Shown: piece by piece, positions 50,007-61,300 of the stretch | Layout: each line of letters opens with the position of its first letter | Position numbering within the stretch: the first letter of the stretch is position 1 | Origin: an uncultured Desulfosarcina sp. | GTDB taxonomy: Bacteria > Desulfobacterota > Desulfobacteria > Desulfobacterales > Desulfosarcinaceae | Assembly: GCA_963674945.2 (NCBI GenBank) | Contig: CAXXWQ010000003.1 | Location: 1,664,001 to 1,728,000, forward strand | Length of the DNA: 64,000 nucleotides | Direction of reading: 5' to 3' | Notes under the pieces: model-generated | What the model was told of the DNA's origin: nothing | The model's input: the letters and a program-made list of their open reading frames with translations, nothing else | The model's database searches: none | Position numbers and translations under genes: made by a program

Positions 50007-51072
50007 AAAATTCGTTAATGGCATCCACCAACTGCCGGAGCCGCCCAAAATCACGGTTGTTGAAATCGATAACGAGGCGTGACAATTGGTCCAATTCCGG
50101 TTCGTCCGCCTCCTCCGCAAATGGACCGGTCTGCCGCATGTCTCCTCCCGGGACGAGGATGTCGGAAAAATCCTTCCGAAGCATCGCTATTTGCTCCGGT
50201 TCGAGTCGGCCGGATATCCGAATGACCAGTCGGCCGTTTACGTATCGTAGACTATGGTACCGCGCGTAAAACCTTCGTATGACATCAATGGCGTCGTCAG
50301 GGTTGTCCACCCGATCAATGAATCCGAAATCGTCATGGGATATGTAACCGTGGCTGGACAACTCATTTTCCAAAAACTGCAGTAGCCGATCCCAATAGGT
50401 GCCATCAGGCATATCAACGAGAATCAGGGGAAGCGGATAACGCTTTCCCGTCTGAAGAAGCGTAATGGATTCCATGGTCTCATCCAGCGTTCCGAAACCG
50501 CCGGGAAACAATACCACCGCGTCCGCCTCCTTTAGAAAAGCAACTTTGCGGTTGAAAAAGTATTTATAGGAGATATAGCGCGGATTTCCCACCAGGATGG
50601 GATTGGGTTTCTGCTCGAACGGGAGACGGATATTGACACCAAAGGAGTGGTCCGGCCCCGCACCTTCGTTGGTCGCCTGCATAATTCCCGGGCCTCCCCC
50701 TGTGATCACCATGAAACCGGCATCGGCCAACTTCTCCCCCAAAGACCGGGCCAGACGATACAAGGGATCGTCCTTTCGTATACGGGCTGATCCGAATATG
50801 GTCACCTTGCGAACGGTCCGATAGGGTCCGAAGACTTTGGCCGTAAAACGCATCTCCTTCATGGACGAATTCATCAGCTTGAGATCCGCACGGCCTTGGT
50901 TTTCCTGTCCGGCCTTAAGTCCGGCCAGAATGATTTCACGTACGATATCCTTGTGAAGGATCCCCCCTGCCCTGGCCATCAGATCGTCGATCAGATCGTC
51001 CACGGGTCCGTTGGTATGGGTAAAGCGCAGTTTTACCGTTTTTTGAATCCCGTCGTTGCCACTTTTCGCCAT
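50005..51072 (-). CDS. LOG family (TIGR00730) nucleotide monophosphate nucleosidase, long form
   Basis: FGSAR, ITGGGPGIM, FF.RK, PGGFGTLDE. Confidence 0.92.
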   Translation of the reverse strand: MAKSGNDGIQKTVKLRFTHTNGPVDDLIDDLMARAGGILHKDIVREIILAGLKAGQENQGRADLKLMNSSMKEMRFTAKVFGPYRTVRKVTIFGSARIRKDDPLYRLARSLGEKLADAGFMVITGGGPGIMQATNEGAGPDHSFGVNIRLPFEQKPNPILVGNPRYISYKYFFNRKVAFLKEADAVVLFPGGFGTLDETMESITLLQTGKRYPLPLILVDMPDGTYWDRLLQFLENELSSHGYISHDDFGFIDRVDNPDDAIDVIRRFYARYHSLRYVNGRLVIRISGRLEPEQIAMLRKDFSDILVPGGDMRQTGPFAEEADEPELDQLSRLVIDFNNRDFGRLRQLVDAINEF

Positions 51073-51316
51073 TATCACCGCCCTCTGGTTTGTTCCCATG
51101 TCAACTGGCCAGTGCGACAGCCGGTAATGCTTTTTTCCTTCATGGCGCCTTGGCCTTTGTCTGCAATCAATTTACCCGAATCCGTATAGTAACCGTTTTT
51201 CCCGATTTCGCAAGAAATTACAACCACCTGTTTTATTTTCTCACCTGTTTTATTTTCACGAAAAATGGTTATTTTTTACCTGGTTAGAGTCTTGTACATG
51301 GGAAAGGAGGTGTAAG

Positions 51317-51682
51317 ATGCGGCTTTCCCGATTTACCATTGCCGGCAACCTGTTGACACTTGAAATCCACTCTGACATACGAAAAAAACGTTTTGAGGCA
51401 ATATGCAAGGATATGGAAAAGGCCATTGCCGCCATGGGAAGAGTTCGTCTCGTTCTCGTGATGCGGCACTACCCTTCGTTCAACAGTGCAGAGGATTTTT
51501 ATGATGATTTGCGATTTTTACGCCTTTACGACCATGCCATTGAAAAAGTCGCCGTTGTATGCGACCGGTTTTGGAAAGACACCTGGGTCGGAATCTTCAG
51601 TTTGTTCAGCGGCATCCCGATGGAATTTTTTGAATTAACGCAGCTTGACGAGGTCTCCCGGTGGATTCAAGACAAAAATTGA
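51317..51682 (+). CDS. STAS/SEC14 (SpoIIAA-like) domain protein
   Basis: AGGAGG RBS; GRVRLVL, DDLRF, IEKVAVV.D..W, FF.......W pattern. Confidence 0.75.
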   Translation: MRLSRFTIAGNLLTLEIHSDIRKKRFEAICKDMEKAIAAMGRVRLVLVMRHYPSFNSAEDFYDDLRFLRLYDHAIEKVAVVCDRFWKDTWVGIFSLFSGIPMEFFELTQLDEVSRWIQDKN

Positions 51683-52437
51683 GATTCGAAGACATCTTCT
51701 TTCAAAACGTCAACGGTGAAAAACTCTCGGGTCGGTTGAGCCTGCCGGATGGCGAAACACCCCGGGCCTATGCCATCTTTGCCCACTGCTTCACCTGCAG
51801 CAAGTTGACAAAGACCGTCGCCAAGGTGAGCCGTGCCCTAACGAAAAAAGGCATCGCCGTTCTCCGCTTCGACTTTACCGGGCTGGGTGATAGTGAGGGT
51901 GATTTTTCGGAGACATCTTTCTCATCCAATGTGAGAGATCTTGAGACGGCCGCAGATTACCTCGGAGCGCATTATTCGGCGCCAAAAATTCTAATCGGTC
52001 ACTCCTTCGGCGGTACCGCTTGCCTGAAGGCAAGCAACCGCATTGCTTCTGTCAAGGCGGTCGCAACCATCGGTTCTCCCTTTTCGCCGGACCATGTCCA
52101 GCATTTATTCGGAGACGCGAAAAAGACGATTCTTGACAAAGGAGAGGCAAAAGTGGCGTTGGCGGGCCGATCCTTTCGAATCAAGCGGCAATTTCTTGAA
52201 GACATGGATGGTACGGACATGGTTACCACGCTGAACCAGCTGAACCGCGCCCTGTTGGTGATGCATTCACCCCTGGACGACGTGGTGGGAATCGAAAATG
52301 CGGCACAAATCTTTACAGCGGCAAGGCATCCCAAGAGTTTCATCTCCCTGGACACCGCCGACCACATGCTCAGTCGATCGGCGGATGCCGATTACGCGGG
52401 AGAGCTGATCGCCATCTGGGCTGCCAGATATGTTTGA
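51679..52437 (+). CDS. Alpha/beta hydrolase (like the N-terminal domain of hydrolase-OsmC fusions)
   Basis: FAHCFTC, RFDFTGLG.SEG, GHSFGG, HSP.D, HPKSF.SL..ADH; TTG start overlapping the upstream TGA. Confidence 0.9.
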   Translation: MRFEDIFFQNVNGEKLSGRLSLPDGETPRAYAIFAHCFTCSKLTKTVAKVSRALTKKGIAVLRFDFTGLGDSEGDFSETSFSSNVRDLETAADYLGAHYSAPKILIGHSFGGTACLKASNRIASVKAVATIGSPFSPDHVQHLFGDAKKTILDKGEAKVALAGRSFRIKRQFLEDMDGTDMVTTLNQLNRALLVMHSPLDDVVGIENAAQIFTAARHPKSFISLDTADHMLSRSADADYAGELIAIWAARYV

Positions 52438-52444
52438 TGATTCA

Positions 52445-52738
52445 CTACCTGAATCCGTAGTGAAACATTTCATAATGCGTCTTCCCGCCCAGTAAGCTAT
52501 CGATATTCCCCTGGATTTCCTGTCGTTCCTTGTTTAACAGCCAATCTTCCCAATGGGCCGCAGATTCCCAGGTACTGATGACAAGAAAAACATCCGGTCG
52601 ATCATTGCTCTTCAAGGTTTCTCCCGTTATATAGCCAGGCTGTGACATGGCAAGCGCCCGCATCTTCCGAAAAAGCTGAAGCATCTCCATACCCTTTTCC
52701 TCGGGGACCGTCCGTGTAATCAAGACCTTGATACTCAT
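52445..52738 (-). CDS. Antibiotic biosynthesis monooxygenase (ABM) family protein
   Basis: Start MSIKV after AAGGAGG; QPGYITGETL, VISTWES...W..W. Confidence 0.85.
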   Translation of the reverse strand: MSIKVLITRTVPEEKGMEMLQLFRKMRALAMSQPGYITGETLKSNDRPDVFLVISTWESAAHWEDWLLNKERQEIQGNIDSLLGGKTHYEMFHYGFR

Positions 52739-52969
52739 GGAATCCTCCTTTTGTTGTGGGTGAGGGCGTCTGCGGTTCTCGTCCCTTGACGGGATGTCAA
52801 TCGCGATTTTTTCCGGCACACGAAGGGGAATACGAAGCGATGGGAAACGATGCACGATGCGGTTGATGCCGGCGGCAACGATGTATAATGCAATTAAAGA
52901 ACGATATGGATAAATTGTCAAACGGATATTACGAGGGTTCTTTTACCGTGCGGTATCGAGCCGGCGGGT

Positions 52970-53968
52970 TCATCCATTCAGGTCGACCACAACCCGGCCC
53001 CTAAGCTTGCCCTTGCGGATGCGGTCGATATTCTCGCTCAGTTCATTTAAAGGGATGGTCCTGCAAAGGGTCGACAGACTGTCGATCCGCCAGGCATCTG
53101 CAAGATTTTTCCACACCTTTCGACGGATATCCATGGGACAATTCTGGGAGTCGACGCCAACCAACCGAACGCCACGCAAAATAAAGGGAAACACTGTCAA
53201 GGGCAAGTCGGGTGATGCGACGTTTCCGCAACAGGTAACAATGCCTAAAGGATGGGTGGATTTGATGGCCGTTGCAAGGATTTCTCCCCCAACGGTGTCA
53301 ATAACTCCGGCCCATCTGCTTTTGAGCAGGGGGCGTCCACTGGTTTCCGTAGCATCCGCCCGTTCCAGGACGTCGGATGCACCGATCCTTTTTAAAAAAG
53401 AGACTTCATCCATCTTCCCGGTGACGGCCGTCACCCGGTACCCCAGTTTGGCCAACAGGGAGACGGATACACTACCCACCCCTCCGGTAGCACCGGTGAC
53501 CAGCACGGTACCATCTTCCGGCCTTACGCCCTCGGTCAGAAACAGAACGCTCATTGCTGCGGTGAAACCGGCCGTTCCGTAAATCATACTCTCTTTGGCG
53601 GAAAGGCCATGGGGAATCGGCACCACCCAGCTCGCCGGAACCCGAACGAACTGACCGAAGCCGCCGGCAGTATTCATCCCCAGATCGTACCCGGTCACCA
53701 GCACCCGGTCACCGACGGCAAACTGCTCGACCTGACTGTGGGCTACAGTTCCGGCCGCATCGATTCCCGGTGTATGGGGGTACTTACGGGTCACGCCCTT
53801 GTTGCCGGTGGCCGAAAGGGCATCCTTGTAGTTCAATGATGAATAGGCCACGTTGATGAGGACATCTCCTTGGGGCAGATCGTCGACGGTTCTCTCTTCT
53901 ACACGGCAAATGTAGTTCTTTTCTCCATCCTCCCTTACCACCAGAGCTGAAAATTTCTCTTTTGTCAT
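52970..53968 (-). CDS. YhdH/YhfP (AcuI-like) NADPH oxidoreductase, MDR family
   Basis: YSSLNYKD, PGIDAAG, GTAGFTA, TGATGGVGS, PFILRGV.L.GVDS. Confidence 0.93.
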   Translation of the reverse strand: MTKEKFSALVVREDGEKNYICRVEERTVDDLPQGDVLINVAYSSLNYKDALSATGNKGVTRKYPHTPGIDAAGTVAHSQVEQFAVGDRVLVTGYDLGMNTAGGFGQFVRVPASWVVPIPHGLSAKESMIYGTAGFTAAMSVLFLTEGVRPEDGTVLVTGATGGVGSVSVSLLAKLGYRVTAVTGKMDEVSFLKRIGASDVLERADATETSGRPLLKSRWAGVIDTVGGEILATAIKSTHPLGIVTCCGNVASPDLPLTVFPFILRGVRLVGVDSQNCPMDIRRKVWKNLADAWRIDSLSTLCRTIPLNELSENIDRIRKGKLRGRVVVDLNG

Positions 53969-54088
53969 AATGGTCCTCCACGTAAGTATTGTTTCCACCC
54001 AATAATGATGACCTGGTAAAAATAGACTTCAAGGGAACTCATTCATTGGTAAGAACCAAAATGGACTTTTTGCGCAGCCATCAATTTA

Positions 54089-54892
54089 TTAGGCCCGGGG
54101 CGTATAATGGCGCGTCAGCCAGGAAGCCAGTCCATCCAGTCCCGGAAACAGTGTTCGCTCGGTAATGTTCGCCTGGTCCAGTTTGTCCCGGATCTCCCAC
54201 TTGAGTTCCCTGGGTATGATGATCCTGCCGTAGATATCTGGATTTCTCGCCAGCCATCGGTCCAGCCGCGCGGTGGAACTGGACATTACGGAAAAGAAGG
54301 CGAACTGGTTGACGATGCGCCCGTCGATGGAGGGGGGCTCAAAAAAGAGGGCCAGATCGTCTCCGAGGTCATCGAATCCCTTGATATTTACCAGTGCGTG
54401 TTCGAGCATCTCCAGGGTGAAGGCGTTGGCGCCGTGGAAAATGAGTTCGTCGGACAACTGACTGGGAAGCATCTTGTTGATCTTCACATAGTCGGCAAAC
54501 CAGATGGCGCCGTCGCGGTCGAACCGATCCGTATCCGCCGTGGCGAAATGGGCGGCAACAAAGGGCGAGTAGGTCCAATCCAGAAGACGTGTGGGAAGTC
54601 CGTGGTGCTGGGCTATTGTTAACCAGCGCCAATCCGAAGCATTGTTCCCGGTCCAGGGCACCTCTGCATATTTGCTGAAATTTCGAAGCAAATGATACTC
54701 GAGATGACCATAACCGCCGCAACGCCTCGAAAAGCTGGTTTTCAGATCATACGCTTCATCGGACAGGCCCCGGTACGCGTAGTTGGAGCGAAACCGCATC
54801 AGGTCATTCTGCCAGGAATCTTCGTATAATCGTTCGCACAACTCGCACCAGCTGTTCACCCGGATATCGTGATGGGATAGGGAATTGGACAT
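54089..54892 (-). CDS. FRG domain-containing protein
   Basis: AYRG, AQHHGLPTRLLDWT.SP..A..FA, RIVNQ, LFPGLDG. Confidence 0.92.
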   Translation of the reverse strand: MSNSLSHHDIRVNSWCELCERLYEDSWQNDLMRFRSNYAYRGLSDEAYDLKTSFSRRCGGYGHLEYHLLRNFSKYAEVPWTGNNASDWRWLTIAQHHGLPTRLLDWTYSPFVAAHFATADTDRFDRDGAIWFADYVKINKMLPSQLSDELIFHGANAFTLEMLEHALVNIKGFDDLGDDLALFFEPPSIDGRIVNQFAFFSVMSSSTARLDRWLARNPDIYGRIIIPRELKWEIRDKLDQANITERTLFPGLDGLASWLTRHYTPRA

Positions 54893-54940
54893 CTTTCTGA
54901 CACCGTAAGTCCCTTCGTGGAATGGAAAACAATGGCTCCC

Positions 54941-55579
54941 TCAAAGAAAAAACCCGCCAGGGGCATGTACCCAATCGCCGATCATCCGATCGAATACGCC
55001 CCTTAGCCCACCGACCAATTGATGATTCGCAAAAATCCTTTCCACCAGTTCCCCGATCTTTTGGATTCTGCATTCGTCAAATCCAACGGTGGTCCAAAGT
55101 CGAACGTAGTCCGGCAACCGGACAGGCGCCTCTTTTCCGTATGTACTCTGAATAACATCATAAAAGGCCACAACGGCCGTGGGATCTTCACCGTTTGGTG
55201 TCCTCTGGTCTGTGAGCAGACACAGGTTTTCAAAGACACGGCCCTCGATGGCATCGTTCATGTCTTGGATGGTCTTGGCCGCCGAAAACAGCAACCAGCG
55301 ATCGTCAGAAGAAAGACCGGAAAGGTCCCCCAACAATTGTTGAAAGATCTCCCCCTGGTTGTGATCGCACCGGCAGTGGACATGCCAGCCCATGGTAAAA
55401 TCGTCAGAAGGGAACGTGGGATCGAGGAATCGGTGGTCGTGGGTCTTTCTGCGATCGATGCCGGTCATCCAACGGCTATCCGGGTAAATCGTACCGGAAA
55501 GGTAGGCCCCCAAGTCCTGGATACCTAAACGTTGCGCAAGGGTCGCGGCAAAACGGATGTGGGTGGCGGGCATGGCCAT
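54941..55579 (-). CDS. Putative metal-dependent hydrolase (Zn-dependent phospholipase C-like motifs)
   Basis: N-terminal PATH, G...PD, TH, GW..H..CD pattern. Confidence 0.5.
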   Translation of the reverse strand: MAMPATHIRFAATLAQRLGIQDLGAYLSGTIYPDSRWMTGIDRRKTHDHRFLDPTFPSDDFTMGWHVHCRCDHNQGEIFQQLLGDLSGLSSDDRWLLFSAAKTIQDMNDAIEGRVFENLCLLTDQRTPNGEDPTAVVAFYDVIQSTYGKEAPVRLPDYVRLWTTVGFDECRIQKIGELVERIFANHQLVGGLRGVFDRMIGDWVHAPGGFFL

Positions 55580-55597
55580 GATGAGACGCCTTACTTG

Positions 55598-55763
55598 TTG
55601 ATGAACTCGTAAAAAGTTGGATTTCGGACGGCTTCGTAAAAAAGCCCGAGATCAAGGATTGCGAATCCTGAGGAATGAGGCGTATTACCGATACGTCGCA
55701 GTGACGAGGGATGAAGCGTAACGCAGATATCGGACTTTTTTACGAAGCCGTCACTTTTTACGA
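55598..55763. repeat. MITE/ERIC-like element with nested inverted termini
   Basis: Perfect 18-bp IR GACGGCTTCGTAAAAAAG (55627-44) / 55735-52, extending to 27 bp with 2 mismatches; outer IR TCGTAAAAAGT (55607-17) / ACTTTTTACGA (55753-63). Confidence 0.85.
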
Positions 55764-58004
55764 CCGGAGCTTGATGATCTTCACCGCTTCATCCACCCAC
55801 TCCGATATGAGCCCACACTGGTCTTGATGGGCCTTGGTCTTTTTCAAACGTGCGAAGACCTCCTCGCGATTCTTCACCGCCTCCAATGCCGGAATGTTCT
55901 CCATCTTTCCAATGTTTGCCAGGCCGCGAACAGCGATGCGCAGATTTTGGATCAGCTGGGACATAAACCGCTGGCTTTCATTGAGGAAGTAAATGTCGGA
56001 TTCCGGGCTTCCGTATTCATTCACGGCGCTTCGCATGATCGCCAATCCCACGGTGGTTTCGGCCATGGACAAGAAGATATAGAGTTCCCTTTCCAATGCC
56101 AGAAGATCCTTGGCCGAAAGGCGATGTTTGCGTGTCATTCCCAAATCCAGGGCTTCGCACAGGGCCTCATGGATAACCCGGACCTTTTCGAAAAAGGCAT
56201 CCTGCTCCCGGTCCATCAACCAAGTGGCAGATCCAGCCACCTCCTTGTCCAGGCCGTGCCGGCTAAAAAGAATATCTTCCGGAGTGATTTCGATATCCGT
56301 GAGGCTTTTGTCATATTCGTGAAGTATAAGATTGGCCAACATCAGGGCCTTGGCGTCGGAGAATCGAATATCGGCCGGATTATAGAGAAAATCTCCGACC
56401 AGAATCTCGAATGCACGTTTGGGCTGGTTCATCTGAACGGTAAGCACCTGCAGGGAATTGAGAAAGGCCGTACGATCTTCCGATGACACGACATCTTTCA
56501 GATGCCGCCACAAAAACTCAAAGATCTTCTTTTCATAACGTGTGAAAAGGGACATATGCTGGGAAAAAACCGACTTGAGGAAACGACCTTTTTCGTCGAA
56601 GCACTGGTTCAGGATTTCGACCAATCGGCGGGCTTCATCCAAATCAATACCGAAATCAAGCGCCAGGATTTCATAATCTTTCTGCTCGAAAGAAATAGCC
56701 CCGTGAACCATGGCGGTCATTTTTTTCCGCGTGGCAGAGCGTCCCTTGAAAAAGGAGGCCATCTTGAACAACCGACGATGCAACACCCCGAAAAAGTTCT
56801 TCTTCCCTTTGGCCTCCTCTTCCTTGGAACGGGTAAGATACAAGTTGTCGAATACCTCGTCTCTCACGGTATCCAATCGTTTTTGTACACTCTTAAGCAC
56901 CTCTTGTCTGGCATCCTCACTCTTGGCCTTGCTTTCGATGGTCTCCAAAAGATCGGATGACAACCCCAGACGCTCTTTCAGGTGGTTCACATTGATTTTC
57001 GGGTAATCATCACCGTAAACACTCTTTATCACCTTGGCCACTTTTTCGGGTGACCCCTTGATACTGGCGATAATCCGTGCGACCTTTGCCTTCTCACCGG
57101 TAAAGTGCTTCTCGCTGTTCTCTTTTATCAGCCAATCCAGGTTGTTGATTTCCACGAAAGGTGCAACCAGTTGGGAACGAATCTTGGGGAGACCGAAAAT
57201 CGCATTGTAGATGCTGGTGAAGGGACAACCCTTTTCCGACTCCTCTCTTTTCTGCATCCAGTCGCCGACCCTGGCAATGAGATTGCGCATGGCGTCGGCT
57301 TTCACTCCATTTACACCGGCCAGAAGGGTCAAATTGGGATTTTGTTCCCCTTTTTCATCGACCACCAAAGGAACGATGTGAAACGGCTCTTTATCAAGAA
57401 CGATTTCACGCTGCCCCTCTTTCGCATGGTACATCAGTGTAACAATCTTCAGACACATCCGCAGTGGTTCCAAAAATTTCGAGCCCGGTTCGGGAATTTT
57501 CAGACTCAAATTGTTGATACCCCTGTCCGAAAAGACCCCGAAGGCTTCCAATAATTGGCTCATCAGGTGGGATAGAACCTGGCCGTGGCGTTTGATCATT
57601 GCCGGCAAAAGGTCCAAGTCCACCAGCATGTTTCCGAAAAGGATCTCATAGTCCAGCTTTTCGGATACCGTCGACTCCGAGGTGCGTCCTCGATAGCGGA
57701 TCAGTATCCGCTCGGCGCCATGCGATTTCCGAGAAAGCTTGGATAGGTCGTTTACCAGCTGTTCGAAAGTCTGGGACTCCTGGTTTTCAGCGATGTTTGC
57801 GTTTCTCGGATGTAAATAAAACGCGATGTGTTGGACGATCTCACATAGCAGAATCCGCCACACATCCTGCTGTTTCTGTTCCTCGGCCAAACTGGCGGCC
57901 ATCATCTGCGCCGCAGATTGCCCCTTTCGATGGGCTTCAATCCCTTCGATCTGAGAAAAAAGCTGCTGTGCCGCATCATCCAGATGAATTTCTTTTTTGG
58001 CCAT
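55758..58004 (-). CDS. Hypothetical 748-aa soluble protein, helical-looking
   Basis: Long ORF with natural composition; no motif recognised. Confidence 0.85.
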   Translation of the reverse strand: MAKKEIHLDDAAQQLFSQIEGIEAHRKGQSAAQMMAASLAEEQKQQDVWRILLCEIVQHIAFYLHPRNANIAENQESQTFEQLVNDLSKLSRKSHGAERILIRYRGRTSESTVSEKLDYEILFGNMLVDLDLLPAMIKRHGQVLSHLMSQLLEAFGVFSDRGINNLSLKIPEPGSKFLEPLRMCLKIVTLMYHAKEGQREIVLDKEPFHIVPLVVDEKGEQNPNLTLLAGVNGVKADAMRNLIARVGDWMQKREESEKGCPFTSIYNAIFGLPKIRSQLVAPFVEINNLDWLIKENSEKHFTGEKAKVARIIASIKGSPEKVAKVIKSVYGDDYPKINVNHLKERLGLSSDLLETIESKAKSEDARQEVLKSVQKRLDTVRDEVFDNLYLTRSKEEEAKGKKNFFGVLHRRLFKMASFFKGRSATRKKMTAMVHGAISFEQKDYEILALDFGIDLDEARRLVEILNQCFDEKGRFLKSVFSQHMSLFTRYEKKIFEFLWRHLKDVVSSEDRTAFLNSLQVLTVQMNQPKRAFEILVGDFLYNPADIRFSDAKALMLANLILHEYDKSLTDIEITPEDILFSRHGLDKEVAGSATWLMDREQDAFFEKVRVIHEALCEALDLGMTRKHRLSAKDLLALERELYIFLSMAETTVGLAIMRSAVNEYGSPESDIYFLNESQRFMSQLIQNLRIAVRGLANIGKMENIPALEAVKNREEVFARLKKTKAHQDQCGLISEWVDEAVKIIKLRS

Positions 58005-58353
58005 GGACGTAAACCATCATATCAGAAAAGTGGATATGCCTTTTCACCTCTTCTCTCCGTAATCCGGGAGAAACAATTTGAGTTTGATCCGGCATAAAGC
58101 TGACGGTCGAATCATCAAAGACGGCAAATTGACCCAACCCTATGATTCCTGTGCATATTTGATCAATACCACAAATTGACGGTAACGTGAATGAAAAACC
58201 GACGGCAATCCGTTGATACCAAATAAATTTCGCCGCTCTCAGTGGTTATCACCGACCAAAGCGAGTTGTCTATGATGGAGACCTGTTGAAATCGTTCAAT
58301 CCCTCTGGTAGGTTGAACCCACATGTGAAAAAACCAACGGGAGATGATCAACG

Positions 58354-61300
58354 ATGACCGGGATCAAGTCCAAAGCCCTTGAAGCAAATCTGGCAACAAC
58401 CCAAGTTGATGTCGCCATCGATCCGAAGTTCGAATGTATTCAGGCAGTCATGTCCCGCTACTACGGGTTGATGGAAGGTGTGAACATCTTTTTACAGGAG
58501 TTGAGCCATCCCTACCGCAATTGGCAATTCATCGTGAATGAGGCGCGCACCTATGCCCTGGATTATTTTCACCTGTTTCAACCGCACCCTCGTGGCGTGG
58601 AAGCAACTGAAATCATGGTGGATATCTTTATCGAAGTTATCGCGGCGGATGTGGAAAATGGTGTGTGTACCGATGCCGTGGACAACCTGCTCCTTTATCT
58701 TCGACAGGTCATCGATGCGTCCCGGGAAAGGCTGCCGGACTTCTTACCGGTGATCATCGGGGCCTTCGATAAAATCGGCAGTTGTCCGGACGATCGTTTT
58801 TTTCTTTTTACCAGCAGCTTCTATCCCATCAAACGCATTATTCGATTGTTTGGAGATCGTGGCAGCGAATTCATCACCGACTATTCGGTGCTTAACGCAC
58901 TCTTGATCCGGACATTTGCCACCACCTACGATTTCTGGAGCGGTATCAAAGATCCCTGGGAGAGTTTCGAATCCTCGGCAGGCCAGATCAACAATCCCGA
59001 CCGGGTACAAAAATGTTTTTCAAGCATCTCCCACAAAGTGCTTGACGACTGGAAAAACCGTCTCGACCAAATGGCACGGCTATCAGATCAAAGCAGCCGA
59101 ACCTTGTTCGATCAATTGCTTACCCTGGAGGATTTCTCGGCCATCGTCGAAAAATACCGAAAACTGCCCCAGATTCTATTGGAGACCGGTGCAAACGAAG
59201 GGAAGGGCAATCAATGGAAGGTGATTTTCCTTTTCCACATCCTTGGGATTTCAGGATTGAAATCGATTCACGAAGAGGCCCTTCGGGACATCAATCGAAC
59301 GGTGGGTTGGTTAATCGAAAATGAAAGCTATCGAAACGTCGGTGATTTGATCGAAAAGACCTTTTCGATTCTCAAGACCCAGACGGAACAATTTCCCGCA
59401 ACGACCCTCACCTGTGTCCTCAACATGGGCCAAGCCGTCTTTCAGACGGACGAGATCGACCTTGTAAACTACTTCATCGACCAGGTGGTGGACCTGGGAT
59501 TTCAGGCCCCCATGCTGGGTGGTGTGGGCAACGACTGGCAGATTCAGGTCAATGCGACCCATCTGCAAAATGTACGCACCTGGCTGGAACTGATCGAGTG
59601 CAAGCCCAAATGGTCCTCCCGCCTGCTCTCCAATCTGATCATCAAATTATCTCTCTCGGGAATCTTTATCAAGGACACGGACCTGTTCCCCAGAGATATC
59701 ACTCGTCTTCTCAACAGCGACATCGGCCCCGTATACAACCTGGTCAAACAGTTGTCGAGACTCTTTCCCGCCTATTTCAACGATATTGGCGCCGAGGGAA
59801 TTTTACGCGACATCTCGACGAAATTGGATGAGATCACCCATCGCCGGGACAAGCTCATCCATTTTTTGCGAAAACAGAGCCACGTACAAAGTTCCAACCG
59901 CATCATCCGTTTCATGGAAGCGGTTTTGCACTTCTGGCAGACACGGGACAAAAGACCGCTTTCCCCCTTCGTCCCTCCCGACATCTATGACCAGATCGAG
60001 ATTCACGGCAAGTATATCGACGGCGTCAATGCCCTCTTCGCCCATCTGGCAAGCAAAGGTTTGAGCCTCCCCGATGAATTGTTGATCGAAACCGATGAAC
60101 GAATTCAGACCCTGCTTTCCGACAAAACCGATGCCGATCCTGTGGACATCGAACGCGTGGTTCTCATTGCCACCTTCTATAAACTGCTCGACCACAAATA
60201 CCAGGTGGACCACAAATCCCTTCGGCACCACGTTGATCAATTGGACAAGGAGTCCTTTTCCAATATCGGGCGTCTGAAACAGGCGCTGGATGAGCCGGAA
60301 CTCAAGCAGCGACTCTTTTCACTGATGGATTATCTGGAGCGTCTCCAAAGAGTGATTCTCTCTACGGAAACTTTTGAAATTCGTTCGGATATTTACAAAA
60401 AACGTCACATCACCATCGATATCCCCTCCATGTACGGCAGCTACCACGAACGTAAATTCGACTCTTTGGGCCTTACCTTTCGCATCGAGTCGCTGGTCAA
60501 CGTGCTCTTCGAGGAGTTGGTGGATCGAATCAACCTGGGACTCATTACCCGGGCTACCTTTCATGAAATTTATGAACGACTTACCCTGTTTCACAAAGCA
60601 CTCCTTCTCGACGGCATCCATTCGGTTGAGTTTGAGCAGCAGTTGGACCTTCTGGCCCATGCACTGGAAGTAAGGGGGTTTACATTTACCCAATATTTGG
60701 ACATTTTTAAGGGTTTTGCCGTTGCCGTAAAAAACATCATCAACGACTATTTCAACAACATTCACGGCCAGAACCTGACGCGTATTCTCTCCAACATGCC
60801 CACCGATCAAATCCTCGACAAATTCCTCGGACAAGAGAGAATCGTCGATTCGGAAAAGGTCAAACACCGTATTTCGGAAATCTTTTTTCGCGACCGGATT
60901 GCCGCCTCCCTGGGGCTGCAGCAGTTGGATCTGTTCTTGACCCGCATCCTGAATACCCTGTTTCACCAGTCCAACATGCTGCCCGAGGACAAGCTCCACC
61001 TGCTGTTGGACTACGATCCCCAGCGGATCATCACCGGCCTGACGAAGACCAACAACAAGGCCATCGGCATCATTTACATGGGCAACAAGGGACTGAACCT
61101 GCTCAAACTGAGAAGCCTTGGGTATCCGGTGCCACCTGGCTTCATCGTCACCACTGAGGCATTTCGATGCAGGGAACTGATCGATGATTTCGAACCGGTA
61201 CGAAAAAATCTGGAGCACCAGGTAGCAGAGTATTTACAACTGCTCCAGAAATTTAGTGGCAAACGGTATGGTGACCCGGGCAATCCCTTACTCCTGTCGG

